Shown in pieces: positions 1 through 11,954 of a DNA stretch of 64,000 nt. Origin of the DNA: Christensenellaceae bacterium. Lineage in GTDB: Bacteria > Bacillota > Clostridia > Christensenellales > Borkfalkiaceae. The notes below the pieces were generated by a model. The model did not search any database, was not told where the DNA came from, and worked only from the letters and a program-made list of their open reading frames with translations. The stretch lies in assembly GCA_045645865.1 (NCBI GenBank), contig JAZRJP010000019.1, forward strand, positions 9,651 to 73,650, written 5' to 3'. A program made the position numbers and the translations under genes. How positions within the stretch are numbered: the stretch's first letter is position 1; each line of letters begins with the position of its first letter.

Positions 1-1
1 A

Positions 2-1177
<1,176 letters not shown>

Positions 1178-1191
1178 AATTAACAAAAATT

Positions 1192-1228
1192 AAAACCCCT
1201 AAAACGCTTTGTTTTAGGGGTTTATTTT
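1192..1228. terminator. Bidirectional intrinsic terminator between convergent gdhA and the CDF gene
   Basis: CCCCTAAAAC (1196-1205) pairs with GTTTTAGGGG (1211-1220). An A-run lies upstream and a T-run downstream. Confidence 0.75.
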
Positions 1229-1242
1229 AAATTATTTTGCTG

Positions 1243-2400
1243 TTAAACGTATTCTGGCTCTGTTTCAATTACAAAGTAAAATTTGCCTATTTTTGAAAAT
1301 TCATCGTCAAGCATTTTAACAATTTCTTCAATATTATATTTCTTATCAAAAGGTATAACAAGGTCGAAAATTATATTACAATGCGTAACGCCGTCAACAA
1401 TTCTAAAATCGTGAAATTTTACGTTATTATCGTAATTTTTTAAGATTTTTTCAACTAAACATAAATACTTTTGTCTATCTTTATTATTTACGTCAAGCGG
1501 GTCTAAATGTATTGAAAGTCTAACGTTCATTTCGTTGAAAACTTCCCTTTCAATATTATCGATTAAATCATGGATTTCAATAAAATTTTCCAAACTATCA
1601 ACTTCGGCGTGCAACGTTGCAAAACGAACGGTTTTACCATATTGATGAATAATAATATCGTGAACACCTAAGATTTTATCATACTTTAAAACTATGCTTT
1701 TTAGTTTTTCAACTTCTTCTTTTTCAGGCAAAACTCCTAATAGTGGATTGATAGTTTCTTTTAACATAGTTAAGCCCGAATATATGATAAACGAACTAAC
1801 TACTAACCCTGCGTAAGCATCAATATTAACCCCTACAACGTCAATTATAATTATAGAAATTAAAGTTGTTGTCGTTGTAATTAGGTCGTTCCTTGTATCG
1901 ATTGCCGACGCTTTAAGCGTTAAAGAATTAATAGTTTTAGAAAAATCTAAATACACGAACATTTGCACTAATTTTAAAATAAGTGAAACAATTAAAGCCA
2001 CGTAAGTAAATACAGTAATTTGATTAATAACGTTGTTATAAATAATTTTTTCGATACAAGAATAAAAGAAAATTACACCTATTGCAAACATAACAAGCGA
2101 TATAATAAGTGCCGTAACTTGTTCGTATCTTTCATGCCCGTAAGGGTGTTCTTTATCGGCGGGCATTGAAGATAATTTAAAACCTATAAGCGTTAAAATA
2201 GATGAACCTGCGTCAGTTAAATTATTTACACCATCGGCTATAATAGATATACTACCTAAAATTATACCCGCAACTATTTTTAGCGTACATATTATAAAGT
2301 TAGTTATTATACCAAACGCACTTGCAACGACACCGTATCTACTTCTAACACTTTGGTCGTTGACGTTTTGGTAATTTTTTATAAATAATTTTTTTAACAT
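1243..2400 (-). CDS. Cation diffusion facilitator (CDF) family metal efflux transporter
   Basis: 385-aa ORF with multiple hydrophobic helices, a CDF-like region DKEHPYGHERYEQV and a C-terminal cytoplasmic domain. Confidence 0.8.
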   Translation of the reverse strand: MLKKLFIKNYQNVNDQSVRSRYGVVASAFGIITNFIICTLKIVAGIILGSISIIADGVNNLTDAGSSILTLIGFKLSSMPADKEHPYGHERYEQVTALIISLVMFAIGVIFFYSCIEKIIYNNVINQITVFTYVALIVSLILKLVQMFVYLDFSKTINSLTLKASAIDTRNDLITTTTTLISIIIIDVVGVNIDAYAGLVVSSFIIYSGLTMLKETINPLLGVLPEKEEVEKLKSIVLKYDKILGVHDIIIHQYGKTVRFATLHAEVDSLENFIEIHDLIDNIEREVFNEMNVRLSIHLDPLDVNNKDRQKYLCLVEKILKNYDNNVKFHDFRIVDGVTHCNIIFDLVIPFDKKYNIEEIVKMLDDEFSKIGKFYFVIETEPEYV

Positions 2401-3323
2401 TAATTAAAAATCTCCGTAGAAAAATACCTATCGCCACCATCGGCAAACACTATAACTATGTTTTTATTTTTGTATTCTTCTTTTTGTGCTAAACTAATTG
2501 CTACGCTTAACGTTGCTCCTGATGAAAAACCTGCTAATAAACCTTCGTTTAAGGCAATTTCTTTTGCGAATTTAACGCTATCTTCATTAGAACAAGTATA
2601 AATTTGGTCGCAATAATTTTTATCAAATAAAGGTGGAACAAAGTTTGCGCCTATACCTTGAATAGAGTGATTTCCACTATACCCTTTACTTAAAAGTGGC
2701 GAACTTGACGGCTCTACTCCATATACCTTGATATTTGAGTTTTGTTCTTTTAAGTATTTTGCCGTTCCTATAAGAGTTCCTGCCGTTCCAACAGAGGCTA
2801 TAAACACGTCGATATTGCCGTTTAAATCATTGTAAATTTCTTTACCCGTTGTTTCATAATGTGCTAAAACGTTTGCCTTTGACGTAAATTGATTTGCTAA
2901 AATACTACCCTTTATACGTGAGTTTAGTTGTATTGCTTTATCAATGCTTCCTTGCATACCCTTTTCGCTATCGGTTAAAACAATTTCTGTTCCATACGCT
3001 TTTAATATTTTTTGACGTTCTTCACTCATTGAAGATGGCATTGTTAAAATTAATTTATAACCTTTAACTTGACTTGCCATTGCTAAGCCTATACCCGTAT
3101 TACCACTTGTTGCTTCAATGATAGTTGCTCCTTTTTTTAACACGCCTTGCTTTTCGGCTTGTTCGATAATATAAAGAGCAGTTCTGTCTTTAACCGAACC
3201 CGTTGGATTCAAGTATTCAAGTTTAGCATAAAGATTGGCTTTTAAATCATACTTTTTAATAAGGTTATTAAGTTTTAATAAGGGAGTTTTTCCTACTGCT
3301 TCTAAAATTGAATTAATATACAT
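2400..3323 (-). CDS. cysK: Cysteine synthase A (O-acetylserine sulfhydrylase)
   Basis: 307 aa with the PLP-lysine motif NPTGSVKDR, TSGNTGIGLA and a GTAGT loop. It is full length for the CysK/CysM fold. Confidence 0.85.
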   Translation of the reverse strand: MYINSILEAVGKTPLLKLNNLIKKYDLKANLYAKLEYLNPTGSVKDRTALYIIEQAEKQGVLKKGATIIEATSGNTGIGLAMASQVKGYKLILTMPSSMSEERQKILKAYGTEIVLTDSEKGMQGSIDKAIQLNSRIKGSILANQFTSKANVLAHYETTGKEIYNDLNGNIDVFIASVGTAGTLIGTAKYLKEQNSNIKVYGVEPSSSPLLSKGYSGNHSIQGIGANFVPPLFDKNYCDQIYTCSNEDSVKFAKEIALNEGLLAGFSSGATLSVAISLAQKEEYKNKNIVIVFADGGDRYFSTEIFN

Positions 3324-3447
3324 ATTTCACCTTGCTATTATATTAGCATTATTTAAAGTTTTTTGCAACTTAAAAAAATAAAAGCATTGATTTTTTGATT
3401 AAAATGTATTAAAATATAACTATAATTTACCAAATAGGATTCTGTTT

Positions 3448-4722
3448 ATGAAAATTAAAACAAAAAATTTAACGATTGAGCAAGTAAACGCTATACCTTT
3501 TGAAAAAAGGCCTAAACCAAAAAGACCGTCTTGGCTTTTTAAAACGCTTGTAAGATTACTTTCGATAGGCGATTTAAAAGCAACTAATTTTACTTACGAA
3601 CTTGACGGCTTTGAAAAAATTAACAAAAAACAACCTTGCTTAATTTTAATGAACCATTCAAGTTTTATAGACGTTAAAATTGCTTCACGCATATTAAAAG
3701 ATTTTTCTTATAATATAGTTAGTACGACTGACGGCTGCGTTGGTAAAAAGTGGATTATGCGTCAACTTGGTTGTATGTTTACAAACAAATACGTTGCCGA
3801 CGTTGCACTTATAAAAGATATCTCTTACTGCTTAAAAACTTTGAAGACTTCGGTGCTTATTTATCCCGAAGGCTCTTATTCAATGGACGGACGACAAGGC
3901 TTTATTTCAGATAGTATTGGTAAACTTATTAAAATGTTAAAGGTTCCCGTTATTACTATTATTACGGACGGAGCATTTTTGCGTGACCCTTTATACAATA
4001 ACCTACAATTAAGAAAAGTTAACGTTAGTGCAAAAGCGCAAGTCGTTTTAACTCCTAATGAAATAGAAAATCTTTCAAATAGTCAAATTTGTGATATTAT
4101 TTTTGAAAAATTTACTTTTGACGCTTTTTTAAATCAACAACAAAATGGTGTTATAGTTGACGAACCTTTTAGGGCCGATTCTCTTGAAAGAGTTTTATAT
4201 AAATGCCCTAACTGTCAAGACGAATTTTCAATGCAAGGTAAAGGTGAAAAGTTGACTTGTTTAAAATGTAATAAAGAATACGTTTTAACAAAAGAAGGCT
4301 ATATGCAAGCAACTAATTCTAACACTGAATATAATAGCGTTTCTTCGTGGGTTGACTATCAAAGGGAGTGTGTTAAAAAAGAATTAGATAGTGGCGAATA
4401 CAATTTTAACGAAAGAGTTAAAATTTCCGTGCTTAAAGGTTCAAAATGTTTATATTTTGTTGGCGAAGGAGTATTAAGCCATAACATAAACGGCTTTAAC
4501 TTGACAAGCGACGATAATTTAATTAATTTTAACCAACCACCATTAGCAACTCACACAGCAAACTGCGATTATTATTGGTATGAAATAGGCGACGTAATTG
4601 CCGTAGGTAATGAAAAAATATTATATTACTGCTTCCCTATCAATCAAAAAGTGCCCGTTTATAAGGTAAAACTTGCAACAGAAGAAATTTACAAGCATTA
4701 TAAAAATAAACTAAAAAAATAA
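3448..4722 (+). CDS. PlsC-like lysophospholipid acyltransferase family protein with a C-terminal zinc-ribbon region
   Basis: HX4D motif NHSSFID, a YPEGS block and CPNC...CLKC cysteine pairs. A terminator hairpin lies at ~4733-4765. Confidence 0.65.
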   Translation: MKIKTKNLTIEQVNAIPFEKRPKPKRPSWLFKTLVRLLSIGDLKATNFTYELDGFEKINKKQPCLILMNHSSFIDVKIASRILKDFSYNIVSTTDGCVGKKWIMRQLGCMFTNKYVADVALIKDISYCLKTLKTSVLIYPEGSYSMDGRQGFISDSIGKLIKMLKVPVITIITDGAFLRDPLYNNLQLRKVNVSAKAQVVLTPNEIENLSNSQICDIIFEKFTFDAFLNQQQNGVIVDEPFRADSLERVLYKCPNCQDEFSMQGKGEKLTCLKCNKEYVLTKEGYMQATNSNTEYNSVSSWVDYQRECVKKELDSGEYNFNERVKISVLKGSKCLYFVGEGVLSHNINGFNLTSDDNLINFNQPPLATHTANCDYYWYEIGDVIAVGNEKILYYCFPINQKVPVYKVKLATEEIYKHYKNKLKK

Positions 4723-4772
4723 TTAAAAAAAACTGTTAAACATGCGTTTAACAGTTTTTATTTTGCCTTTAA

Positions 4773-5558
4773 TTAATTTAACCTTGGTTTCATGCCCGTT
4801 CCAACAAACATTATGCCTTTAAAATCTTCTATATTATTCATAATAATATAGTCGATATAAGTAGCCATAAGGTCGGCAACGTATTTATAGCCTAATGGAC
4901 TTAAATGTCCGCCTAACCTATAAGTTTTAGTAAATTCTTCGCCAAAGTTTGGAGCATATTTTCTTAAATCGATAACGTATAAAGATTTAAAATAATTTGG
5001 TAAACTTCTAATAAATTCAGCGTGTTTATCGTAAAGGGCAACTTTATCATTTTCTTTACGGTCGTCTTGTGGTACGGTTACGCAGAAGATTTTAGCATCA
5101 GGAACTAATTGCCTTATTTTTAAAATTATTTTAACGTAGTTTCCTACAAACGTGTTGCTTGGACCTTCAAGATTTTCATAATCAACGTCGTCCATAGTAC
5201 CAAAGCCACCTTCGTAAACGCTATCTAAATGCGTCATATCGTTTACGCCTAATGCTATTATGTAAGCCTTACATTTTTTTTCAAAATAAAAAGATTTTGT
5301 ATATCTTGAAAAACTTTGGAAAGTTAAAGCAGTTAAACCACCATTAGACATATTTACGACTTCTAAACCACATTTTCTTGCCATAAATTGTCCCCATGAT
5401 GCTTCGTAGAAATCGTGATATTTAACTTTGCCTTCGTCGTTTACCCATTCGCATTCGCCGGCAGATAAACTATCACCTATACAACCAACTCTATTTAAAA
5501 TTGCAGTCATACCACCATCGGGTAATATTTTTTCAATAGGATTAAATTCTTTTTCCAT
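4773..5558 (-). CDS. SGNH/GDSL family hydrolase
   Basis: Block I GDSLSAGE and a GVNDM block. The gene starts 9 nt after the upstream unknown ORF, apparently in the parE-parC transcription unit. Confidence 0.7.
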   Translation of the reverse strand: MEKEFNPIEKILPDGGMTAILNRVGCIGDSLSAGECEWVNDEGKVKYHDFYEASWGQFMARKCGLEVVNMSNGGLTALTFQSFSRYTKSFYFEKKCKAYIIALGVNDMTHLDSVYEGGFGTMDDVDYENLEGPSNTFVGNYVKIILKIRQLVPDAKIFCVTVPQDDRKENDKVALYDKHAEFIRSLPNYFKSLYVIDLRKYAPNFGEEFTKTYRLGGHLSPLGYKYVADLMATYIDYIIMNNIEDFKGIMFVGTGMKPRLN

Positions 5559-5566
5559 AATGCCCC

Positions 5567-6340
5567 CTAATTTACGTCTATGTTATTATTTATTAAGTAC
5601 GTGTACACTGCACCCATACTATTTACCGTTAATGAAATTACGTTATCGTCGTTTATATCGTCAAATAAGTATAAAATTGCTTTAAGAAGATATCCAACCA
5701 CTTTTTTAGTATAGCCTTTATCTTGCTTTTTGTCAACATATACACATAATTTTATGGCGTTTGGCACGTAATTTTCGTTGCTTCTAAAATTATCATCGAT
5801 AAGCGATATTTTATAAACGTTTTTAAAGTTTTCATATACGCCGACGCTTTTTGCCCTATAACCTAAATAAATTAATAAGTCGCCTATCGTTTCGTTTTTG
5901 GTTGGTTTAAAGTTTGGCGATTTTGAAAATACCTTTTCGTAAAGTTCGTTTATTAAACTTTCACATTGTTTAAAGTTTGACCTGCTGTCAGTTAAATCGT
6001 CAAAAACATAATTTGTTTTTGTATCGGTTTTTTCCGTTTTGCCTTTTTCTATGTTTGTTTTAATTATCTTGTCTTTTTCTATTTTATCTTCTTTAATTTT
6101 GTTAGGTTGAGTGTTTATTGGTTCTTCTTCAATTGTGTCATTTGCTAAAATATCGTCTTTTTTAGTATCAACCTTTTCTTGTTTAATAGATTTATCAGTT
6201 ACAACTTGGTTTTTGGCAAGGGTTTTTTCTTTTAAATCGTCATTTTTAGATACGCTAAAATCTGTATATGTGTTTTCATATACAGTATTTTCAGCATCTA
6301 TTAACTTTCCCTGCCATCTAACGCAAGGCACAGTAGACAA
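5567..6340 (-). CDS. Hypothetical protein with a Lys/Asp/Glu-rich N-terminal half and an uncharacterised ~130-aa C-terminal domain
   Basis: 257-codon ORF that begins at a TTG overlapping the last 23 nt of parC. There is no in-frame ATG until near the C-terminus, and I recognise no family. Confidence 0.45.
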   Translation of the reverse strand: MSTVPCVRWQGKLIDAENTVYENTYTDFSVSKNDDLKEKTLAKNQVVTDKSIKQEKVDTKKDDILANDTIEEEPINTQPNKIKEDKIEKDKIIKTNIEKGKTEKTDTKTNYVFDDLTDSRSNFKQCESLINELYEKVFSKSPNFKPTKNETIGDLLIYLGYRAKSVGVYENFKNVYKISLIDDNFRSNENYVPNAIKLCVYVDKKQDKGYTKKVVGYLLKAILYLFDDINDDNVISLTVNSMGAVYTYLINNNIDVN

Positions 6341-8750
6341 CTAATGGTTGACAAGCACCTATACTTGATACGTATCTACCTTTCGTCGTCCTACCATCGA
6401 TTAAAATTTCGTCGGTGGTAACGTGATATACAGCCCCTATTCTATCTACGATAGTAAGCGTTGCTTTTTCACTTTGTTTAATACATTTAGCAAAGACTAC
6501 TAATTCATCGGTAACGCCGTTTTTAATTTCAACAATTTTAACACCCTTTCTTGCTCTTGCAGTTACGGTAATTGCTCCTAAAAGAACTTTTTTGAACGTG
6601 CCAAAACTTGTTCCTATAAGTGCTATATCTTCGTCGGCATTAATTTGAGTTGCGTAAACAACGGTGTCGTTATCATCTAATTCCATGCCTTTTACGCCGC
6701 CTGCCGTTCTACCATAAAGTGGAACTTCGTTTTTAGAACGCAAGCACATACCCTTTTCGCTTACAAAGAATAAATCTTTATTTTCGTCGAGTAATTCTAC
6801 GTTTATTAACGTGTCGCCGTCTTTTAATTTTATCGCACTGCAAGAAGTTTTAGAGAATTCAAGTTCGCTAAATTCTATGGCTTTAATTGAGCCATCTTTT
6901 GTAAACATTATAAGTTTACCACCCTTATCTTTTTCAGATTGAGTAAAGAATTTAACAGGCACTTCGTCAGGTAACGCTTCTTTAAAGAGTGACGTAAAGG
7001 TTACGCCACCTTGACCTGCTCCCCTTGCTTCTGCAATATTATCCATAATTAACCTAAATAGGTTACCTTTGTTTGTAAACGCATAAACGTTTTCTTGATT
7101 TGTTGTATTTACGTTAAATAAGAATACTTCTGCCGGAGTAGGTTTATCAACTTTTGAACGAGAATAACTCATTAACTTAACTTTTCTAATTAAGTTTTTA
7201 CCACTAAAACCTAAAACGTAATTTTCAACAGGTTTTTCATCGTCAAAGCGCTCAGTTAAAACGTCGCTTTCTTCCCCTACGATTACTGAACGCCTTGCTA
7301 TTTTATGTTTCTTTTTAATTGCAATTAATTCTTCTTTTACAACGCTGTTTAATTTACGTTTACTATCAATAATTTCTTGTAAGTTTTTAATTAAATTGTC
7401 TAAATATGCAAGTTCGTCTTTTAAATTATCAATCTCTAAACGTGTTAATCTTGCAAGTTTTAAATCAAGAATTGCTTGTGCTTGAATTTCACTTAAATCA
7501 AAAGCCTTTCTTAAATTTTGCCTTGCTGTTGGCGTGTCTTCTGATTTTTTGATTATTTGAATAACTTTATCGATGTTTGTTACGGCAATAATTAAACCAT
7601 TTACTATTTCACGCCTTGTTTTTGCCTTTTGTAAGTCGTGCTTCGTTCTTCTTAAAACTACTTGTTTTTGATATTCAGTATAGTAATTTAAAATGCTTAA
7701 TAAACCTAATTGTTGTGGCTTACCATCGGCTATCATTACCATATTGATATTGTATGAAACTTGTAAATTAGTGTTTTTATAAAGTAAATTTAATACGTCG
7801 TTTGCATCAACGTCTTTACGTAATTTAATTACGATACGCATACCTTGTCTGTCAGATTCGTCAACAACGTCTTGAATACCACCAAACTCTTCTTTTTTCT
7901 CAACCATAAGTTGACCGATTTTTTGTATAAGTTTAGCCTTGTTTACTTGATAAGGTATTTGCGTTACGATAATTTGTTGTTTGCCGTTATTTTCGCACTC
8001 TACGTTAAGTTTTGAACGAATAAGAATTTTACCTTTACCCGTTTCGTACGCACTTTGCAAACCTTCGCCAGCAATAATAAAACCACCTGTTGGAAAGTCA
8101 GGTCCTTTAATTATTTGCATCATATCGTTTAACTTAATTTTAGGGTTATCGATTAAAGCAACAGCACCATCGATAACTTCACTTAAATTGTGTGGTGGAA
8201 TATTAGTTGCTAAACCTACGGCAATACCCATACCACCGTTTACAAGTATATTTGGGTATCGACAAGGTAAAGTTTTTGGTTCTTTTAACGTGTCGTCATA
8301 GTTGTTGCCCCATTCAACCGTATCTTTATCTATATCTTTTAAAAGTTCTAACGCTAAAACGTTAAGCCTTGCTTCTGTATAACGCATTGCTGCCGCACTA
8401 TCGCCGTCAACTGAACCATAGTTACCTTGACCATCGACAAGCGTCATACCCATATTAAACGGTTGCGCCATATGAACCATTGCTTCGTACACAGAACTAT
8501 CGCCGTGTGGGTGATATTTAGCTAAACATTCGCCGACAACTTTTGCACTCTTTTTATATGCTTTATCAGGAGTTAATCCTATTTCGTGCATAGCGTAAAG
8601 AATTCTTCTTTGAACGGGTTTTAAACCATCTTCTACCCTTGGTAATGCTCTTTCAAGAATAACTGATTCTGCATACGGAATCATAGAATCGTGCATTACC
8701 GCTTCTATATCGCTAAGTATGATATTTTTTAAATTTTCTTGTTCTTGCAT
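6318..8750 (-). CDS. parC: Type IIA topoisomerase subunit A paralogue lacking a GyrA box (topoisomerase IV ParC-like)
   Basis: 810 aa with [28 protein letters not shown] and [10 protein letters not shown] (catalytic Tyr region). No QRRGGKG GyrA-box is present, unlike the 23608-26157 paralogue. It immediately follows the subunit B gene. Confidence 0.75.
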   Translation of the reverse strand: MQEQENLKNIILSDIEAVMHDSMIPYAESVILERALPRVEDGLKPVQRRILYAMHEIGLTPDKAYKKSAKVVGECLAKYHPHGDSSVYEAMVHMAQPFNMGMTLVDGQGNYGSVDGDSAAAMRYTEARLNVLALELLKDIDKDTVEWGNNYDDTLKEPKTLPCRYPNILVNGGMGIAVGLATNIPPHNLSEVIDGAVALIDNPKIKLNDMMQIIKGPDFPTGGFIIAGEGLQSAYETGKGKILIRSKLNVECENNGKQQIIVTQIPYQVNKAKLIQKIGQLMVEKKEEFGGIQDVVDESDRQGMRIVIKLRKDVDANDVLNLLYKNTNLQVSYNINMVMIADGKPQQLGLLSILNYYTEYQKQVVLRRTKHDLQKAKTRREIVNGLIIAVTNIDKVIQIIKKSEDTPTARQNLRKAFDLSEIQAQAILDLKLARLTRLEIDNLKDELAYLDNLIKNLQEIIDSKRKLNSVVKEELIAIKKKHKIARRSVIVGEESDVLTERFDDEKPVENYVLGFSGKNLIRKVKLMSYSRSKVDKPTPAEVFLFNVNTTNQENVYAFTNKGNLFRLIMDNIAEARGAGQGGVTFTSLFKEALPDEVPVKFFTQSEKDKGGKLIMFTKDGSIKAIEFSELEFSKTSCSAIKLKDGDTLINVELLDENKDLFFVSEKGMCLRSKNEVPLYGRTAGGVKGMELDDNDTVVYATQINADEDIALIGTSFGTFKKVLLGAITVTARARKGVKIVEIKNGVTDELVVFAKCIKQSEKATLTIVDRIGAVYHVTTDEILIDGRTTKGRYVSSIGACQPLVVYCALR

Positions 8751-8751
8751 A

Positions 8752-10734
8752 TCAATTATCCTTGTTTTTTATTTCAAAATTATCTTCTTTGTTAAAGTTT
8801 GCGTATTTTTGTATATAAGACTTTCTATCTTCAACACAATCGCCCATTAACGTTGTAATTAATCTTTCGGCATTTGCTCCGTCGTCGATAGTTACTTTAA
8901 TTAACATACGTTTTTCAGGGTCTAACGTCGTTTCCCATAATTGACTTGGGTTCATTTCACCTAAACCTTTATAGCGTTGTACTTCGCAACCCCTACCAAC
9001 TTTTTGTTTGGCTATTTCCCTTTCTTTATCATTGTAGGCATACTCACAAATTGTTCCGTTATGTTTATGGATTTTGTAAAGTGGTGGCATACCAATATAT
9101 AAATGCCCTTCGCTTATTAATTTTGGCATATACCTGAAAAAGAAAGTTAAAAGTAAACACCTAATATGGTAGCCGTCAACGTCTGCGTCTGATAAAATTA
9201 TAACTTTATCGTAATTTAAGTTGTTTATATCAAAGTCTTGACCTATGCCTGTACCTAATGCGGCAATTATCGTCTTCATTTCTTCGTTTTTCAAAACTTC
9301 GATTAAAGACGTTTTTTGTGAATTTTGTGGTTTACCACGTAGTGGTAAAATTGCTTGATGTTTTCTATCTCTTGCTTCTTTTGCACTACCACCTGCACTA
9401 TCGCCTTCAACGATAAAGATTTCGTTTTTAGAAGCGTCTTTACTTGAACATCCTGCAAGTTTACCTAATAGCCTTGTTGATTCGGCGCCTGATTTCGCCC
9501 TATTTAATTCCTTGGTTTTTCTAATGGCTTCCCTTTCTTTTGCGGCGTTTAAAGCCTTTTCTAAAATAAATTCAAATACTTTTGCTTGCTTTTTATTTTT
9601 AGAAATTTCAAGTAAGCCGTTAAACGTTACACTCTCAACTGCCGACCTTGCTTCAACGTTACCTAACTTACCTTTTGTTTGACCTTCAAATTGAACATTT
9701 TTCATTTTAACAACGATAACTGCCGTAATACCTACCCTAAAATCGTCACCGTTAAACGATACGTCTTTATTTTTAGAATTGCGATTTTCTTTTAAATAAT
9801 CGTTAAAAAATCTTGTTAAACCCGATTTAAAACCTATATCGTGCGTACCACCGTCAACCGTTGGTATATTGTTTACGAAAGAAAATATACTTTCACTATA
9901 TCCGTCGTTGTGTTGAAGTGCAATTTCCATATGAATACCATTGTTTTCGCCACTGATATATAATGGTTGTTCGTATAAAACAGTTTTGCCGTCGTTTATA
10001 TATTTAACGTAGTCGCACACACCCCCTTCACTTTTGAAAATAATAGGTTCTGCCTTTTCGTTTTTACGCAAGTCGTAAAAAACGATTTCTAATCCTTTGT
10101 TTAAAAATGAAGTTTCCCTTAATCTTGTTTCGATAATATCGCTTGAAAAATCAGTAGTTTCAAAAACCCTTGCGTCTGGCTTAAACCTAACGTAAGTACC
10201 ACGCTTTAAAGTTTTAATACCCGTATTTTTTAAAGGGGCTTTTCTGATACCTGATAAAATCTTTTTTTGCTCTTTATCTTCATAAGAAGAAAATTCCATT
10301 TGATATATAGTCTTATTGTAAACTTCAACTTTAAGCCATTCGCTTAATGCGTTGGTAACCGATGCACCTACACCGTGCAAACCACCTGAAAACTGATAGT
10401 TATCACTATTAAATTTACCACCTGCGTGAAGTTGTGTAAAGATAACTTCTACACCACTTATGCCTGCTTCTGGGTGAATATCTACCGGCATACCCCTACC
10501 ATCGTCTTCAACCGATGCACTACCATCGGCGTAAAGAGTTACGGTAACTTTTTTTGCATAGCCGTTTGCCGCTTCGTCAACAGAGTTATCGATAATTTCC
10601 CATAATATATGATGTAAGCCTTTTGAACCTGTTGAACCAATGTACATACCTGGTCTTGTCCTTACGGCTTCTAACCCTTTTAAAATTTGAATATCTTGGG
10701 AACTATAAGATTTAGCCAAAACAAATTCCTCCAT
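8752..10734 (-). CDS. parE: Type IIA topoisomerase subunit B paralogue (topoisomerase IV ParE-like)
   Basis: 660 aa with the GHKL ATPase N-terminus ([23 protein letters not shown]), the Toprim motif EGDSAGG and DADVDGYHI. The true start may be the TTG at 10719, which follows the GGAGGA inside the first codons. Confidence 0.8.
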   Translation of the reverse strand: MEEFVLAKSYSSQDIQILKGLEAVRTRPGMYIGSTGSKGLHHILWEIIDNSVDEAANGYAKKVTVTLYADGSASVEDDGRGMPVDIHPEAGISGVEVIFTQLHAGGKFNSDNYQFSGGLHGVGASVTNALSEWLKVEVYNKTIYQMEFSSYEDKEQKKILSGIRKAPLKNTGIKTLKRGTYVRFKPDARVFETTDFSSDIIETRLRETSFLNKGLEIVFYDLRKNEKAEPIIFKSEGGVCDYVKYINDGKTVLYEQPLYISGENNGIHMEIALQHNDGYSESIFSFVNNIPTVDGGTHDIGFKSGLTRFFNDYLKENRNSKNKDVSFNGDDFRVGITAVIVVKMKNVQFEGQTKGKLGNVEARSAVESVTFNGLLEISKNKKQAKVFEFILEKALNAAKEREAIRKTKELNRAKSGAESTRLLGKLAGCSSKDASKNEIFIVEGDSAGGSAKEARDRKHQAILPLRGKPQNSQKTSLIEVLKNEEMKTIIAALGTGIGQDFDINNLNYDKVIILSDADVDGYHIRCLLLTFFFRYMPKLISEGHLYIGMPPLYKIHKHNGTICEYAYNDKEREIAKQKVGRGCEVQRYKGLGEMNPSQLWETTLDPEKRMLIKVTIDDGANAERLITTLMGDCVEDRKSYIQKYANFNKEDNFEIKNKDN

Positions 10735-10876
10735 TAAATCGCTTATTTAAAATTATATAATTTTAAGCGAAACTTTTTCACTATAATATATTTTACCATA
10801 ATATGTAGTATTTTTCAAGCAAAAACTAAAAAAAACGCCACAAATGGCGTTTTTTAATTTGACAAAATTTTTAAGT

Positions 10877-11770
10877 TTAATTGAAAGTAACTGAGTGGTA
10901 AAAAGTTTTCATTTCTCCCTTTTCTAACTTTTCAATTCCCTTCTTTTCTTGTAAAACTTGCGTGCAAGTATCGTAATAATCGTCAACGCCATTCCACGCT
11001 TCAATAGCAAGAAAATCGGCGTCAATAATAGTCCACATAACTAAATTTTCAAAGTCGTTATAGTAAGTAGATAAAATAGGTTCGTTATTATGTAATAACG
11101 TTGCGTTCTTTGAAGGAATACTTTCAATAATAACTGAATCGCCCGACGGTAACCCGTTAGGCATTATGCTTTTTGAATCAAAATAAGCCTTTCTTAATGG
11201 AAAGTTGCCATTTTGAGTAGGTAAATCGTAAATGTTATCAATGATTAATCCTTCTACAATAGTTGTTGCTCTTACCGTTTCGCCCTTTTCAAATAAAATT
11301 GAGTGGTTTTCAAGTTCTTTACCATTAATTTTGTACGCTTCGTGGCTACCTACGTTGTAATAAATAGGCTTATTATCAGTATTTTCAACGATATAATAAG
11401 TTTGCATTGATTCGCCACTTAATTTGTACATAACTTTAAAGGCAAAGTCGAAAGGATAAGACTTTTTAGTTTCTTCATTTGAAGTTAATAAAAAGGTTGC
11501 CGACGTCTTTTCGTGAGAGATAAGTTCAAACTCACTTTTCCACGCAAACCCGTGAATTTTCATTTCGTAACGGACACCTTCGTACGTATAAAAATTGTCT
11601 TTTAACCTACCACAGATAGGAAAAAGTACAGGGCTATGGCAATCCCAAACCTTAGGGTCTGCATTCCATAATTTTTCTTCGCCTAAATATTTAATACTAT
11701 GCACTTCTGCACCGTAAGTTGAGATTGTAACTTGCAAATAATCGTTTTGTATTGTAATTAATTTTGACAT
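10877..11770 (-). CDS. Aldose 1-epimerase (galactose mutarotase-like) family protein
   Basis: The ORF track gives 303 aa. I moved the start to Met7 (MSKLITIQ), which is preceded by AAGGAG with 6-nt spacing. The sequence character is that of the mutarotase-like beta-sandwich family. A terminator hairpin lies at ~10840-10866. Confidence 0.65.
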   Translation of the reverse strand: MSKLITIQNDYLQVTISTYGAEVHSIKYLGEEKLWNADPKVWDCHSPVLFPICGRLKDNFYTYEGVRYEMKIHGFAWKSEFELISHEKTSATFLLTSNEETKKSYPFDFAFKVMYKLSGESMQTYYIVENTDNKPIYYNVGSHEAYKINGKELENHSILFEKGETVRATTIVEGLIIDNIYDLPTQNGNFPLRKAYFDSKSIMPNGLPSGDSVIIESIPSKNATLLHNNEPILSTYYNDFENLVMWTIIDADFLAIEAWNGVDDYYDTCTQVLQEKKGIEKLEKGEMKTFYHSVTFN

Positions 11771-11954
11771 AGAATTCTCCTTAACCATTTCATTTTAGCA
11801 TTACTTAAACTCTTTGTCAATAAGGCTAATTACTTTTAAAATAAAAATAATATATTAACTTTATTTAATAAAAAACCTTTTACAAAATTAAAAAAAAGTG
11901 ATATAATGTTTAAACATTGTAATTATTTTACTTTGTGTAGGAGATTTAATCATT

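Noticed and set aside
11789-11954. T-box leaders upstream of leuS (and of metG at 37476-37602)
   Set aside because: The regions are only ~165 and ~127 nt. They contain no GGUGGUA-type T-box sequence or terminator/antiterminator pair, only promoter-like elements.
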